Notes under the pieces: generated by a model
What the model was told of the DNA's origin: nothing
Seen by the model: the letters and a program-made list of their open reading frames with translations, nothing else
Databases searched by the model: none
Shown here: positions 27,564 through 40,943 of the stretch, piece after piece
Numbering within the stretch: the stretch's first letter is position 1
Layout: every line of letters starts with the position of its first letter
Made by a program: the position numbers and the translations under genes
DNA from: Octopus vulgaris
Lineage: Eukaryota
NCBI GenBank assembly: GCA_951406725.2
Contig: OX597828.1
Span: forward strand, 48,484,001-48,548,000
Direction of reading: 5' to 3'
DNA: 64,000 nucleotides

Positions 27564-28149
27564 CTGAAGAAGACCAAATTGGAATTAAGTTCACATATAT
27601 ATTTCTTTACTACCCACAAGGGGCTAAACATAGAGGGGACAAACAAGGACAGACAAAGGGATTAAGTCGATTACATCGACCCCAGAACGTAACTGGTACT
27701 TATTTTATCGACCCCGAAAGGATGAAAGGCAAAGTCGACCTCGGCGGAATTTGAACCCATAACACGTAACGGCTGACGAAATACGGCTATGCATTTCGCC
27801 CGGCGTGCTAACCATTCTGCCAGCTCGCCGCCTTATATAAATCACATATAAATGACAAATTTCTTTAGGGATAGCAATAAAAAGAACAACAACAATGGTA
27901 TGTCAGAATTTCTCTCGGACTTGCTTGGAATTATCATTTCATTATTTGTATATATTATTTGTGTATTCATGCGTGTGTTTATGTATACATATCTATAACC
28001 CAAGAGTGAGACTCTTGGGATATGGTCCGAAACGTTAAACACCACACTTCACCCTGCAGCAGTAAAACTACTCAAGTCTCTTCTAGCAATCCTCTTGTTA
28101 CACTTCGTTCGGATTTCAGGTATGTGTCCCGGTGTTTAAATATATATTT

Positions 28150-28650
28150 ATACAGTTCTATATTTAAGAGATGAGGAATTATGTACATTATTTTTCTCAT
28201 CTCGTTTGTTGTTAACACAAAGTTTCGGCTGATATACCCGCCAGTGGTATATCAGCCTCCTTCTTCAGGTCTTGGGGAAATTTCGAACCCTGGGTTCTAA
28301 TTTCTAAGGTATTCTAATTTCGATTGGAATCGAACTCGGAATCTTGGGGTTAGTAGCCCGCGCTCTTAACCATTACGCCATAGACTCGTGGGCTATTATG
28401 GAGTGAATTTTAAGGCTTTTAAATCTAATATTTTTCTATCCTTCCTTAATACCGGTTCCCATATGCTGCTCATATCAGCACTCGGTCTACTTAGGAGGTT
28501 GTTGTGTCCTAGCATATGTGCTGCTTCTTTTAGTTTTCGTATTTTCCAGTGGTGTTCTCTGTCTATTAGTTTAACTTCATCCCACAGGGGGAGGTGGTCT
28601 CCATTTTTCCGTGCATGATCAGCTATACCCGATTTATCAATATCTCCTCG
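28150..28650 (-). mobile_element. Penelope-like element 3' end (GIY-YIG C-terminus plus pLTR with tRNA-like segment and hammerhead)
   Basis: KSGIADHARKNGDHLPLWDEVKLIDREHHWKIRKLKEAAHMLGHNNLLSRPSADMSSIWEP matches the PLE EN C-terminus (KSAxAEH...IDWxxVKILDxE...RxxKEA). Stop at 28396-28398. Confidence 0.8.
28214..28273 (-). ncRNA. Degenerate hammerhead motif downstream of a PLE GIY-YIG end
   Basis: Reverse complement: CTGAAGA agga ggctgatatacc actggcg ggtatatcagcc GAAAC ttt gtgtt. It has a 12-bp stem II. Confidence 0.55.
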
Positions 28651-29023
28651 CACACAAATACACAAACACACACACACATACACACACATTCACATGCCCC
28701 CCATTTACATACACACACATATATTCACAGAGTTGAAATGCTGTTTGATTTATTTTTTCAGCGTACAATTTTCATCATCCCACTACCAAGTATGACATCA
28801 CCCCTTCCTTTCTCATTCATAAACACAAGAGTATTATTATAGTAGATTATTTCGGTAACCACGGGGGCTATGAAAAAATATAAAGCCCTGCATCACCATC
28901 GGATCATTCTACACATCTGTGTAATTTTTCGAGCAATTCCACCGAGCCGTTTGACCGTGAATCCCAAGACAAGAAAAAATCGCCCATGTCAAATCTATCT
29001 ATCTATCTATCTATCTATTTCTC

Positions 29024-29116
<93 letters not shown>

Positions 29117-29118
<2 letters not shown>

Positions 29119-30095
29119 GACGGACTTCCTTCAGTTTCCGTCTACCAAATCCACTCACAAGGCTTTGGTCGGCCCGAAGCTATAGTAGAAGACACTTGCC
29201 AAAGTTTCCACGCAGTGGGACTGAACCCGGAACCATGTGGTTGGTAAGCAAGCTACTTACCACACAGCCACTTCTGAGCCTGCCATTGGTGACTTATTTT
29301 AACGCACCCTGTTGGACGGAATGCAAAATCAACCTCAGTGGGAATTGAACTTGAATTGAATTTTTACTTGTTTCGCTGATTTGACTGCGGCCATGCTGCA
29401 GTACCGCCTTAAAGAATTTCCTTAGAATCCAGTGCTTATTTTTTAAAGCCTGATATTTATTCTATCGGTTTCTTTTGCCGAACCTCTTATAATTTTAAAA
29501 GTATACTCTTTTACTCTTTTACTTGTTTCAGTCATTTGACTGCGGCCATGCTGGAGCACCGCCTTTTAGTCGAGCAAATCGACCCCGGGACTTATTCTTT
29601 GTAAGCCTAGTACTTATTCTATCGGTCTCTTTTGCCGAACCGCTAAGTGACGGGGACGTAAACACACCAGCATCGGTTGTCAAGCAATGCTAGGGGGACA
29701 AACACAGACACACAAACATATATATACATATATACGACAGGCTTCTTTCAGTTTCCGTCTACCAAATCCACTCACAAGGCATTGGTCGGCCCGGGGCTAT
29801 TGCAGAAGACACTTGCCCAAGGTGCCACGCAGTAGGACTGAACCCGGAACCATGTGGTTGGTAAGCAAGCTACTTACCACACAGCCGGCCTTATGACTTT
29901 TATTTATGCATGCTAACCATTGCTAATAAATTATCTACTTTATTACATCATATTTGTTTCCGTCTACCAAATCCACTCACATGGCTTCGGCCCGAGGCTA
30001 CAGTAGAAGACTCTTGCCTATGGTACGAGCTGTGCGACTGAACCCAAGACCGCATAGTAGGGGAGCCAGTTTCTTACCCACACACCCACGCTAGC
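29117..30095 (-). mobile_element. Cluster of SINE family A copies (29117-29275, 29365-29490, 29505-29886, 29955-30095)
   Basis: Reverse-complement matches to the family A body. Confidence 0.85.
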
Positions 30096-30874
30096 CCTTA
30101 AACTATGAAAGCAAAAATTATATTCCAATGAAGGGGCCATTGGTCTTCTGATGAAAGAGTTAATGCTTCAATTTGCTGGTGAAACCTACCACATGTGAAA
30201 CACCGGGTGATTCGCTTCAGCTTTTTCATCTCCACTACCACCGCCACATCACCACCAACATTTTCACCCCCACCACCTTCACGTCTACATCATTTATCAT
30301 TGTTTTTTTTTTTCTCTCCTCGTTTTCATATTTTAAACTAAATTCGTATCTATATTTATTTATTCATTTATTTATTTATTTTTGAAACAAATTAGTCAAG
30401 TGAGCAAAAGGGATTATTCTTGATCTTTTGCAGGCCCACCCGGGTGGTTGATACCCGGCCTAAACATCTGCAGATCAATCTTTTGTAGAAAAGAACTCAC
30501 CCACCCCCCACACACACACACCAAAAGAAAGAAAGAAAAGGAACAACAAAAATAAAAAAAACAACAAACAGAAAAAAACAAACAAAAGAAAATACACCGT
30601 TGATGGAGACGGAATACTCTGCAAAAGACACCCAGCAGCCGGCACCCAAGGACCGGGTGGCGGTGGAGACGATGATGTTAAATCGGAATGGGGGTTACAT
30701 CTACCCCTCCCCCCCAATCGCTAAAGGTACCCAAGGACCAGCTAATGATGAAGGTGATGGTGTTGCACTGAACGAGGGTCTTTGGAACTTACCACCCATC
30801 GCTACACACAGGTGGCGGTAAACAAGGACTGGGGAATGGTGGTGGCGGTGGTGGTGGTGTTGGTAGCGGTGGAG

Positions 30875-30906
<32 letters not shown>

Positions 30907-31137
30907 GGTGGTGGTGGTGGTGGTGGTGGTGGTGGTAGTGGGCGAATGACGGTGGAGTGGTGGCGATTATGGTGATGGTAGTGGTGATGGTGACGTTGAT
31001 GGTGGTGATGCTGATGTTTGTGATGATGGTAGTGATGATGGTAGTGGTGGTGGTGGTGGTGTTACACTGACAAGGGTTTTCAGAACTACCATCTGTCACT
31101 CGCTAAGAGAACAGAGGGACCAGGTGGCATTATAGTG

Positions 31138-31168
<31 letters not shown>

Positions 31169-31169
31169 C

Positions 31170-31225
<56 letters not shown>

Positions 31226-31780
31226 CAGTAGTAAATTGGGCGTTGTGTCAGGCGGCCTAACCAACATTAAACCCACGAGAAAACAAAACTAAATCAAATT
31301 TACTCAATGAAGCAAAGTGTATAGATTATGCACCCGGGGTGGAACAAAGTGAAACCGGGTCGTGTTTGTTGTCGAGTATTAAATTCATCAGAAGTACACG
31401 GCTTCTCTCAGCGAGGTAAGGCTTCCTTCAACGGTCCTCTACTAATGATTCCCAAGATAGTTATTGCCCCTACTGAAAGATCTAGGGGAATGTGTAGCAT
31501 ACAGGTTTAATCAATAGTTACTCACGACCCCGTGGGATATTGGGGTATTGGGTTCCACACATTGCCGAGTTTTTAGTTTCTGAATTCCTGACATCGTCGT
31601 CATCGTATCTGGGAGTGTAAAGAAAGCTGTTAATGAGCTGAGGACGCAGTGTTTAAGATAGGGTTCACTTTGAAAAGGGTCTGTAACGGGAACTAAGGAA
31701 GTAATGAAAACAAATAAGAGAGAGATAGGAAAAAAAGAGAGGAAGAAGAAGAAGAAGAAGAAGAAGAAGAAGAAGAAGAA

Positions 31781-31842
<62 letters not shown>

Positions 31843-31893
31843 AGAAGAAGAGGAAGAAGAAGAAGAAGAGAAGAAGAAGAAGAAGAAGAAGAA

Positions 31894-31925
<32 letters not shown>

Positions 31926-31993
31926 AAGAAGAAGAAGAAGAAGAAGAAGAAGAAGAAGAAGAAGAAGAAGAAGAAGAAGAAGAAGAAGAAGAA

Positions 31994-32040
<47 letters not shown>

Positions 32041-32402
32041 AGAAGAAGAAGAAGAAGAAGAAGAAGAAGAAGAAGAAGAAGAAGAAGAAAGGGAGGAAGG
32101 AACGGTATTCTTCTCGAAAACCAAAACCAAAGAAAAACATGTCATAAAAATAAAAATAAAAAACTGAACTAATATGGGTGGGTGACTCAATTCACGGAGC
32201 CCCTTTGAGGTCCCTTAAACACAAATCGCTGTTTATACTGCTGTCCGATGAGAAATAGGAACAGATGAAAAGAAAAGAAAAGGAAAGCAAAGAAGAAATT
32301 TACGGGTGGGCGAGAGGGTCGTTTGGAAAATAACCAACCCACATGCCCACCCCTTTAGATGTTAGGTTTAGGATGTTTCAACACCACACCCTGTTATGCA
32401 GA

Positions 32403-32456
<54 letters not shown>

Positions 32457-32716
32457 GGAGGAGGAGGAGGAAGAGGCGGAGGAGGCGGGGAAGTGGTGTA
32501 GGAAGGGAAAAGGAGGGTGTTGGGTGATGCCAACGGTATTGGTAATGATGGCTACGGTAAATGTGATGGTGGTGATGATAATGATTATGATGATGACGAC
32601 GTCGATGACACGATGATGATGATGGTGATGACACGATGATGATGATGGTATTGATGACGAAAGAGTGTGTGGTGGTGGTGGTGGCGGTGGTTTTGGTGGA
32701 GCTGGTGATTGTGGTT

Positions 32717-32747
<31 letters not shown>

Positions 32748-32909
32748 CGACGACGACGACATGATGATAGTGATATTGGTGGTCTTGATGGTGATGTCGA
32801 TGGTGATAATGATGGTGATGGTGATGGCGGTGGTGGTGGTGACAACGATAATGATGTGGATGGGAATGATGACTGTGGTGATGATGGTGATGATGATGAT
32901 GGTGATGAC

Positions 32910-32965
<56 letters not shown>

Positions 32966-32984
32966 CGATGATGGTGATGACGAC

Positions 32985-33016
<32 letters not shown>

Positions 33017-33059
33017 CGACGACGATGATGGTGATGATGATGATGGTGATGACGATGAC

Positions 33060-33095
<36 letters not shown>

Positions 33096-33275
33096 AAGCT
33101 ATTACAAGAAGAAGAAAGGTTCCAATCAGCGAGCCTCCCTCACTCTCATACTCCACTCAGATCGATAACATTGGAAATATTATCAATCTGATTGGAGTAT
33201 GAAAGGAGTGTGTATCGATGCAACAGACTAGTCCTACCCCCACAAATTGCAGGCCTTGTGCTTTTAGTAGAAACG

Positions 33276-33339
<64 letters not shown>

Positions 33340-33885
33340 TTGATTGAGAGAGCAGTTCATGCCATCAAAGTGACACTGGGGTAAAATATACGTAGCCCAG
33401 TATACCCATCATGACTACTTGTCTGATAAAGGTACACCAGGCACATGCATCACAACCATAAGTGCGCGACATGGTGATCTCATATCAAGATAAACAGCAC
33501 ATGACCTTGCAGGTGGGGCCCAGTTAGAATATTCTTCTGATCGAGTAGCTCATCCCGCTCAAAAGGTCCCTGAATAAGGGTTGTTAAAGGATGTTGAATG
33601 AAACACCCATGTTTCCAGAGGTGAAATATTCAAACCCCAAAGAATCCCTCTCGACACATGGCTATGATGCTCCCCCACTACTTCTGCTCATGATCAGAGA
33701 TGCACATATCGTTAGCCAGTAAGGGACATGCTCAACTGGTTAAGGTCAAACAATTGACAAGCAAATTTGTGGTACTGAGCAGAATATTTGCTGTAGCCCA
33801 TCTTTAATACCAAGAGAAAACAATACACATGATAACACTTCCAATCAGTTAAGATCAGAAGCCACGAGAGCCACTGCATCAGGAC

Positions 33886-33889
<4 letters not shown>
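33340..33889. mobile_element. Inverted copy of the (AAT)n-embedded 550-bp repeat
   Basis: Reverse complement of 24561-25120, flanked by (ATT)n on both sides. Confidence 0.75.
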
Positions 33890-33957
<68 letters not shown>

Positions 33958-34451
33958 CATTATTCGAAGACACAATAACTGTTAGCAGACATCCACATTA
34001 CCAACACTCACATACACACACACATACTCTCACACACAAATATACTTACACACACACACATACACACACGTACAAACACTAGAATGTAAAAGTATCCTCC
34101 GTCGATTTCGGCGATGAACATTCCCGTTTCTCCCTCAGTTGACCTATCTAATCGTCCCATTATACTATACGTGACCGAGTATTCCACGTATATATGTACC
34201 CTTAACATAAACTTGGAGTAGACTCGGCACGAAACAGCGTGTGCATGACCATGCTGTACTTTTTGAAACCCGTGTACAGTCCACCCGTTAGACTCAGATT
34301 TCTTCAGACAAAATTCGTTCATAACAATTTGGGTTTGTCCAAAGTTGATGGAGCTGTGCACTGGAATCGAAATCGGGGTCTCGTGGTTACGCACACCGTA
34401 CACACGCGAACACCCTCGTTAACCATTTGATTGTAATAGCATCTCAAAAAT

Positions 34452-34488
<37 letters not shown>

Positions 34489-35463
34489 CATACATACTCA
34501 CACGCACACACAGAGATTTACACATACATAAACACACACATGCACACACATGCACATATACAGATATACACACACACTCACAAGCGGACACAGAGACTCA
34601 CACATACATAAACACACAGATGCACACACACATGCACACATACATGCACACACACACACAGATATACACACACACTCACACGCGCACACACATACACACA
34701 CCCACACACTCACCCACACATACACACACAGATTCACACACACGTACACACACATACACACATACACACATATATACATACACACTCACATGGACGCACA
34801 TACACACACGCGCGCGCACACACGTACACACTCGCACACACCATCACAAGCACCACCACCACCAGCACCACCGCCACCCGTATCACCACCACCACAACCG
34901 ACACCACCGCCGACCTTCCCCAACAGCTATCCTCCCCACCATCCCCTCACCACCCTAATGGACTCTTCTATAAAATATTTCACTAAAAGCTGTCTATCTG
35001 TTGCATTCCATGTCAATCACTGCTTCAGGGTATCAACTGTTAGACTTATTGTTGTCGTTGTTGTAGTTGGGCATTTGTAGTCATGAGGACAGTGACATTG
35101 ATGTTACAGTTGTCAGTTGTGGTGGTGGTGGTGGTGGTAGTGATGGTGATGGTGGTGGTGGGATCGGCTGCATTGTTGTTCAAGTGATGTTCGTTGTGAT
35201 GATGGTGTTGGTGGTGATAATGGAGGATCGTGGTGGAAGTGGTGGAGCCGGTCGTCGTCATCATGGACGATGCTGATGGTGATGATGATGGCAATGGTAG
35301 TGATATAATGTTTAGTCTGCATCATGTGGGGTTCGGGGTTGCTTTTGTTGTTGTTGGTGGTGGTGGTCATGTTGAGGAAGCATGAATATGGTGGGAGGTT
35401 TCGCCCACGAAACTTTTGAGCTATGTAGAGTCAAATAGTTAACACACACACACATATATATAA

Positions 35464-35553
<90 letters not shown>

Positions 35554-35729
35554 CATGTGCAACCGTTAATACAGACACGCTGTTTTCCTCTCACCTTTTG
35601 TACCTCCATTTGTTTTCTCTCCTCATTCCTGTAGAAGAGCGTAGGCTCGAAACGTCAAAGATTTGATATTCCCTCGCCTCAAGACTCTGTCTTATTTTCT
35701 GCATAATTTTGAATTTCATATATATATAC

Positions 35730-35854
<125 letters not shown>

Positions 35855-35914
35855 TATCAAATTCGCCCTAACAAAGGAAAAATATGTAATGACCATTATT
35901 TATAACTGGTGTTT

Positions 35915-35961
<47 letters not shown>

Positions 35962-35967
<6 letters not shown>

Positions 35968-36245
35968 ATCGACCTTCTCAGGTGTATGAAATGGAAATCC
36001 TTTTTTTCCGACCAGGCTAAACCTCTCGAGGAGGCCGAATGCTTTCGTCTAAAATCAAGGAGATTCCCAAATCAGACCAAGGAACTGGAAGCTTTTAAAT
36101 TTTTTAAAATCTATATTTCCTTAGGTCACCATATTTTTTTCCAGAACTGCCATCTCTGAAGAGCACGCGATGTTACTTAGCTGTGGTGTTATATAATATC
36201 CGGTTATTTAACACACAATGCAAAACCACACGATAAGAATGACTG
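35962..36245 (+). mobile_element. Penelope-like ORF N-terminal fragment followed by a degenerate hammerhead-like motif
   Basis: DLLRCMKWKSFF...ECFRLKSRRFPNQTKELEAF resembles the PLE motif FxRRMRWKAFF...YGFKSxKxPPQIxELxxF. Confidence 0.6.
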
Positions 36246-36337
36246 AAATGGATCTATAATAATGTATATTTTAATACATACGAATATATATATATTTATA
36301 TGTATACACATTCACATATATATACATACACACATAC

Positions 36338-36404
<67 letters not shown>

Positions 36405-36540
36405 AATGTAAAAAAATACAAACTGGGTCACGAACGCGAAACATTTAGAAGACGATACAAAAATACACGGACGGGACATTATAAGCCTTCAATCTTCAGT
36501 CAAGAACCGGATCATCTTCGCAATTTCGGCTGATTAATCT

Positions 36541-36612
<72 letters not shown>

Positions 36613-36617
36613 CATAC

Positions 36618-36681
<64 letters not shown>

Positions 36682-37373
36682 GTATGTGTGTATGTATATA
36701 TATGTGAATGTATATACACACATATACATATTCATACATATATTATGCAATGCCGATCAGAACCTTTCTATTTATCGCGGATACGATCTATGATTATACA
36801 TGCATGTATGTGAGTGCGCATGCGTAGGATCATTTGAGCAGATGTTTAACATGTTAGGACATCAGCGATATTCTATTTATGTTCACCTGCAGATGCCAGC
36901 AAACACACACACACATACGCACACATACACGCACAAACACATGCACACCCAGACATATACACATACACATACATACACACATACATACACATATCGTATC
37001 ATACGCATATATATATATATATATATATATACGCATAAAAACGGCCATATATGTGTGTGTAATGCGTTTGTACATTCAGATGTGCGCGTGTGTATTTAAC
37101 TATTTAACACATGTATGCAGGTAGAGGACGAGGAACATGTAGCCATCGGAAATGAAAATAAAAAAGTTAACACATGTACAACCTAAAAATGCCGAAAGAA
37201 AGGAAAATAAACATTAGAGAAATTTTCATTGTATTTTTACTCGAAAAGAAAAACTAACAAATAAATATATAAACACAGACATGAAATCGGTATTGTTCTG
37301 ATATATATATATATATATATCAGCAATTTTTTTTTCCTCTGTCTTCCCTTCTCGGGATCTTTCCTTCTCCTTT

Positions 37374-37408
37374 GTTTCCGACGAAGAGCTCCGCTCGAAA
37401 CGTTAAGC
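37374..37408 (+). ncRNA. Minimal hammerhead-like motif, GAAACGUH family (related copies 17915-17949, 35626-35660, 50631-50666)
   Basis: gttt CCGACGA A gagc tcc gctc GAAACG TT aagc. The four copies share CUGNNGA-A-GAGC..GCUC-GAAACGUH, and each has at least one core substitution. Confidence 0.5.
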
Positions 37409-37500
37409 CCTCCTTCCCTTCTTTCCTGAGCGTCCAATAATACTTTATTTGTTCCACGTCCTCGCGTTGCTGTGTTTTTTGGGTGTTTTCTTGTTTGGAT

Positions 37501-37602
<102 letters not shown>

Positions 37603-37614
37603 TGTGTGTGTATG

Positions 37615-37650
<36 letters not shown>

Positions 37651-38291
37651 TGTATATGTATGTATGTGTGTGTATGTATGTATGTATATGCATGTCTGTA
37701 TGTATGTAGATAAAACTTATTTGGAAAAGGATGCGTGGCGTTCGATCATGTAATAATATAAATAATATATAAATGTATGCATATTTACATACATATATGT
37801 ACATACCTACATATATATGTATATATATGCATGCATATATGGGTACAGGACATAAAAAAAAAAACGTTGAACACAATGAGAAACGAAAACATAAAAACAA
37901 AAACATAGAAAACGAACTTTTTTTTCGAACAACGAAAAAAAACAGAGAAATGAGACATGCGACATATAGAATATTCCCCTTCTTCAGTTGTTCCTGTTTC
38001 ATCTACTCCGCGTGTCGAAGATATGGACAATACGCGACTTCGTTGAAACAATCCTTCCCGCAACGCAAGTATATATATATATTATTGCGAGGGTATATAC
38101 CTCTTAAAGGGATATTAGCGTTCAAGTTCCTCGGTTTTATCCTGTGTATCGTTGAAGTACTAAAAAGGTGCTATCTTCTCATCGATACAAACGGGTATGT
38201 TATCATTTATGTATAACAAAAGAAAATGGAAAAATCGACAGATAGATATCAATTTATTAACACTGAAGTGTGATTCCTTTTTATGTCGGTT

Positions 38292-38400
38292 CTTATCCTG
38301 ATGAAACGTTCAATTAACTACATTCAAAATGCATATTTAATTTAATTATTTGTTTGTAATTTGAAACTAATTGAACATGGAAACAATTGTATGTTATAAG
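38292..38400 (+). ncRNA. Hammerhead-like motif with long stem II and degenerate stem I
   Basis: CTGATGA at 38298, stem II gttcaatta/taattgaac, then GAAA caattg TA (palindromic ACAATTGT, GUA triplet). Confidence 0.55.
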
Positions 38401-38483
38401 AAATTAATGTTATTCGAAATTAGAGTTGTGTTAATAAATTGATGTCTATCTGTCGATTTCTTCATCTTCTTTTCTTGTGTGTT

Positions 38484-38619
<136 letters not shown>

Positions 38620-38644
38620 TGTATGTATGTATGTATACAAAACT

Positions 38645-38675
<31 letters not shown>

Positions 38676-38759
38676 GTTCGCGCGAGTTTTAGTAGACGGA
38701 AACTGTGTGGGTGTCCGTCGTGTGTAAATCATGGTATCACGGTATCGACCAGACTGTAG

Positions 38760-39120
38760 AGGGAACAAACAAGGACAGACAAATGGATTAAGTCGATGAT
38801 ATCTTCCCTAGTGCGTAACTGGTACTTAATCTATCGACCCCGAAACGATGAAAGGCAAAGTCGACCTCGGCGGAATTTGAACTCAGAACGTAACGGTAGA
38901 CGAAATACCTATTTCTTTACTATCCACAAGGAGCTAAACACAGAGAGGACAATCAAGGATAGACAAACGGATTAAGTCGATTACATCGAGCCCAGTGCGT
39001 AACTGGTACTTAATTTATCGACTCCGAAAGAATGAAAGGCAAAGTCGACCTCGGCGGAATTTGAACTCAGAACGTAACGGCAGACGAAATACGGCTACGT
39101 ATTTCGCCCGGCGTGCTAAG
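38760..39120 (-). mobile_element. SINE family B tandem dimer
   Basis: Two body units joined at gacgaaatac|ctatttcttt. Confidence 0.8.
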
Positions 39121-40389
39121 CCAACATAATATTCTTACTTCTTTTTGTCATAAAGTGTATGTGTGTGTGTGTAAGAGAGGGAGAGAGAGAGGGAGAGAGA
39201 GAGAGAGGTGCCGTAAACAAGAATCTGTTGTGAAAACCTACAACGATTCTTTGAAAAAGAATAACAGTTTGACTCCAACCCTAAATGAGTTTACAAGGAA
39301 GTTGGTAAAAGCCAAACGGAAACCAGCCCCGTGACAACAGGGAGAGAAGTAGAAATCATTTAGATTGGATGCTTGAGGAAATGAAAGGTCTTGATAATTC
39401 CATATCCAAGAATATGATTGCAGAGATGATGATGATGATGATAATGATGATGACGATGACGATGATGATGACGATGATGATGATGATGATGACGATGACG
39501 ATGATGATGACGATGATGATGATGAGGATGATGATGATGATGATGAAGATGATGAGGATGAGGATGATGATGATGATGATGATGAGGAGGAGGAGGAGGA
39601 GGATATTGTTGTTGGTGGTGATGTTATTGTTGTTGTTGCTTCGGCTCTAGGCCAAACGCAATTTAACATATAGGAGGGACATTTTCAGAAGCATCACATG
39701 AAAATGGTAAAAACAAAAGAAATAAGAATCTGCGAAGAAATAACAATCCATGATAATAAAAAAAAAAACAAAGGATAGAATGTCAAACTTGTAGCTCAAA
39801 TGTCTATCGGGTAGTTTACCACCCACAATGTACTCACAAACGGTTTTTAACGATTTACTGAATGAGACGCAAATGGCTCTTCGAAGCAAAACTTCCTTGA
39901 ATTTCCAAAACTGAAGAAACATCAAACCGCCAAAAATGCAAACCTCCTTGTCTAAAGTATACAAACACTTAGTAGGAATCGGGTATCAGGGGATTAATGC
40001 TCACTTATAAAAGGACACTTCACCCCTTAAATAAAGGAACTGGTGCAACAAAGATTTTGAATGGGTGTGAAGGTATGTTACTAATCAATAAAGCTGCCAT
40101 ATTTCCCGCCTAGAAATTGAACATTTTCAAATAAAAATTTCCAGTTAAAAAGGTTAAGTCGACTTATACACCAAGACGACTTTTGGGGGACCAAGATGAT
40201 ATTTGGTTGTTTACATTACGTGTTTAGGCTATATTCTAGGTCGACTTGTATGCTGGAAAGTCTAGGAGAAGAAAAAAAGGCTCTGAGTATGAAATTGCTT
40301 AAGTATTATTAGACATTTGGCAGTGTTTCTAGCCTGTGGAAACATTGGCCACGTATAAGTTAACACGAAATAACATGTACATCAAAGAT

Positions 40390-40688
40390 TGTTGTTTGCT
40401 CCTTCTCGAGCCACGCCTGGCTCATAGGGCCGGTTTCCCGGTTTCCTTGGCGTATAGGTTCCCCAACCGGACGAGACGCCGGTCCGTCGCAGGTGAGCTG
40501 CAAGAGGAAAGAGTGAGAGAAAGTTGTGGCGAAGGAATCAGCAGAAGATCGCCATTACCTTCTGCCGGAGCCGCTTGAAGCTTAGGTGTTTCGCTCATAG
40601 ACACACACATCGCCCGGTCTGCGATTCGAAACCGCGATCCCTCGACCGCGAGTCCACTGCTCTAACCACTAGGCCATCTGCCTCCACA
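40390..40688 (-). mobile_element. tRNA-derived SINE family C with (CAA)n tail and about 104-bp flanking direct repeat
   Basis: Head tggcctagtggttagagcag...ggtttcgaatc on -. Other copies at 41733-42025 + and 45869-45935 + (head only). Confidence 0.85.
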
Positions 40689-40943
40689 AGTATGAAATTA
40701 CTTAAGTATTATTAGACATTTGGCAGTGTTTCTAGCCTGTGGATTTTGGAAACATTGGCCACGTATAAGTTAACACGAAATGACAAGTGCATCAAAGATG
40801 CTATGAGTAAATAGAAAATTGTTGTTTAGGATAAACCAAAGAGGAAGCTGCAAAACGAATGCAATTTCTTGCAAAAGACCAATATTCCACGCTCCATCCT
40901 CTTCTTTTTGCCTGATGTTGACATGTTCAATCAATATTAAACA

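Noticed and set aside
27564-28040. Split hammerhead (CTGAAGA at 27564 with GAAACGTT at 28029)
   Set aside because: The CTGAAGA is the complement of the exon splice acceptor, and the two halves are 460 bp apart with unrelated sequence between them.
30148-30200. CTGATGA...GAAAC candidates here and at 4652, 4940, 13126, 26626 and 49541
   Set aside because: No convincing stem II, stem I or NUH arrangement.
34008-34430. Protein-like ORFs on both strands
   Set aside because: The sequence aligns with the SINE at 41398-41702 (gtg.c.gag.a.tccac...tgtacccttaac), so it is a decayed repeat.
39838-39910. Possible 73-nt exon (ttcttcag|...|gtgagt) on -
   Set aside because: It would frameshift the phase 0-0 junction, shows no TSP1-like sequence, and has no other support.
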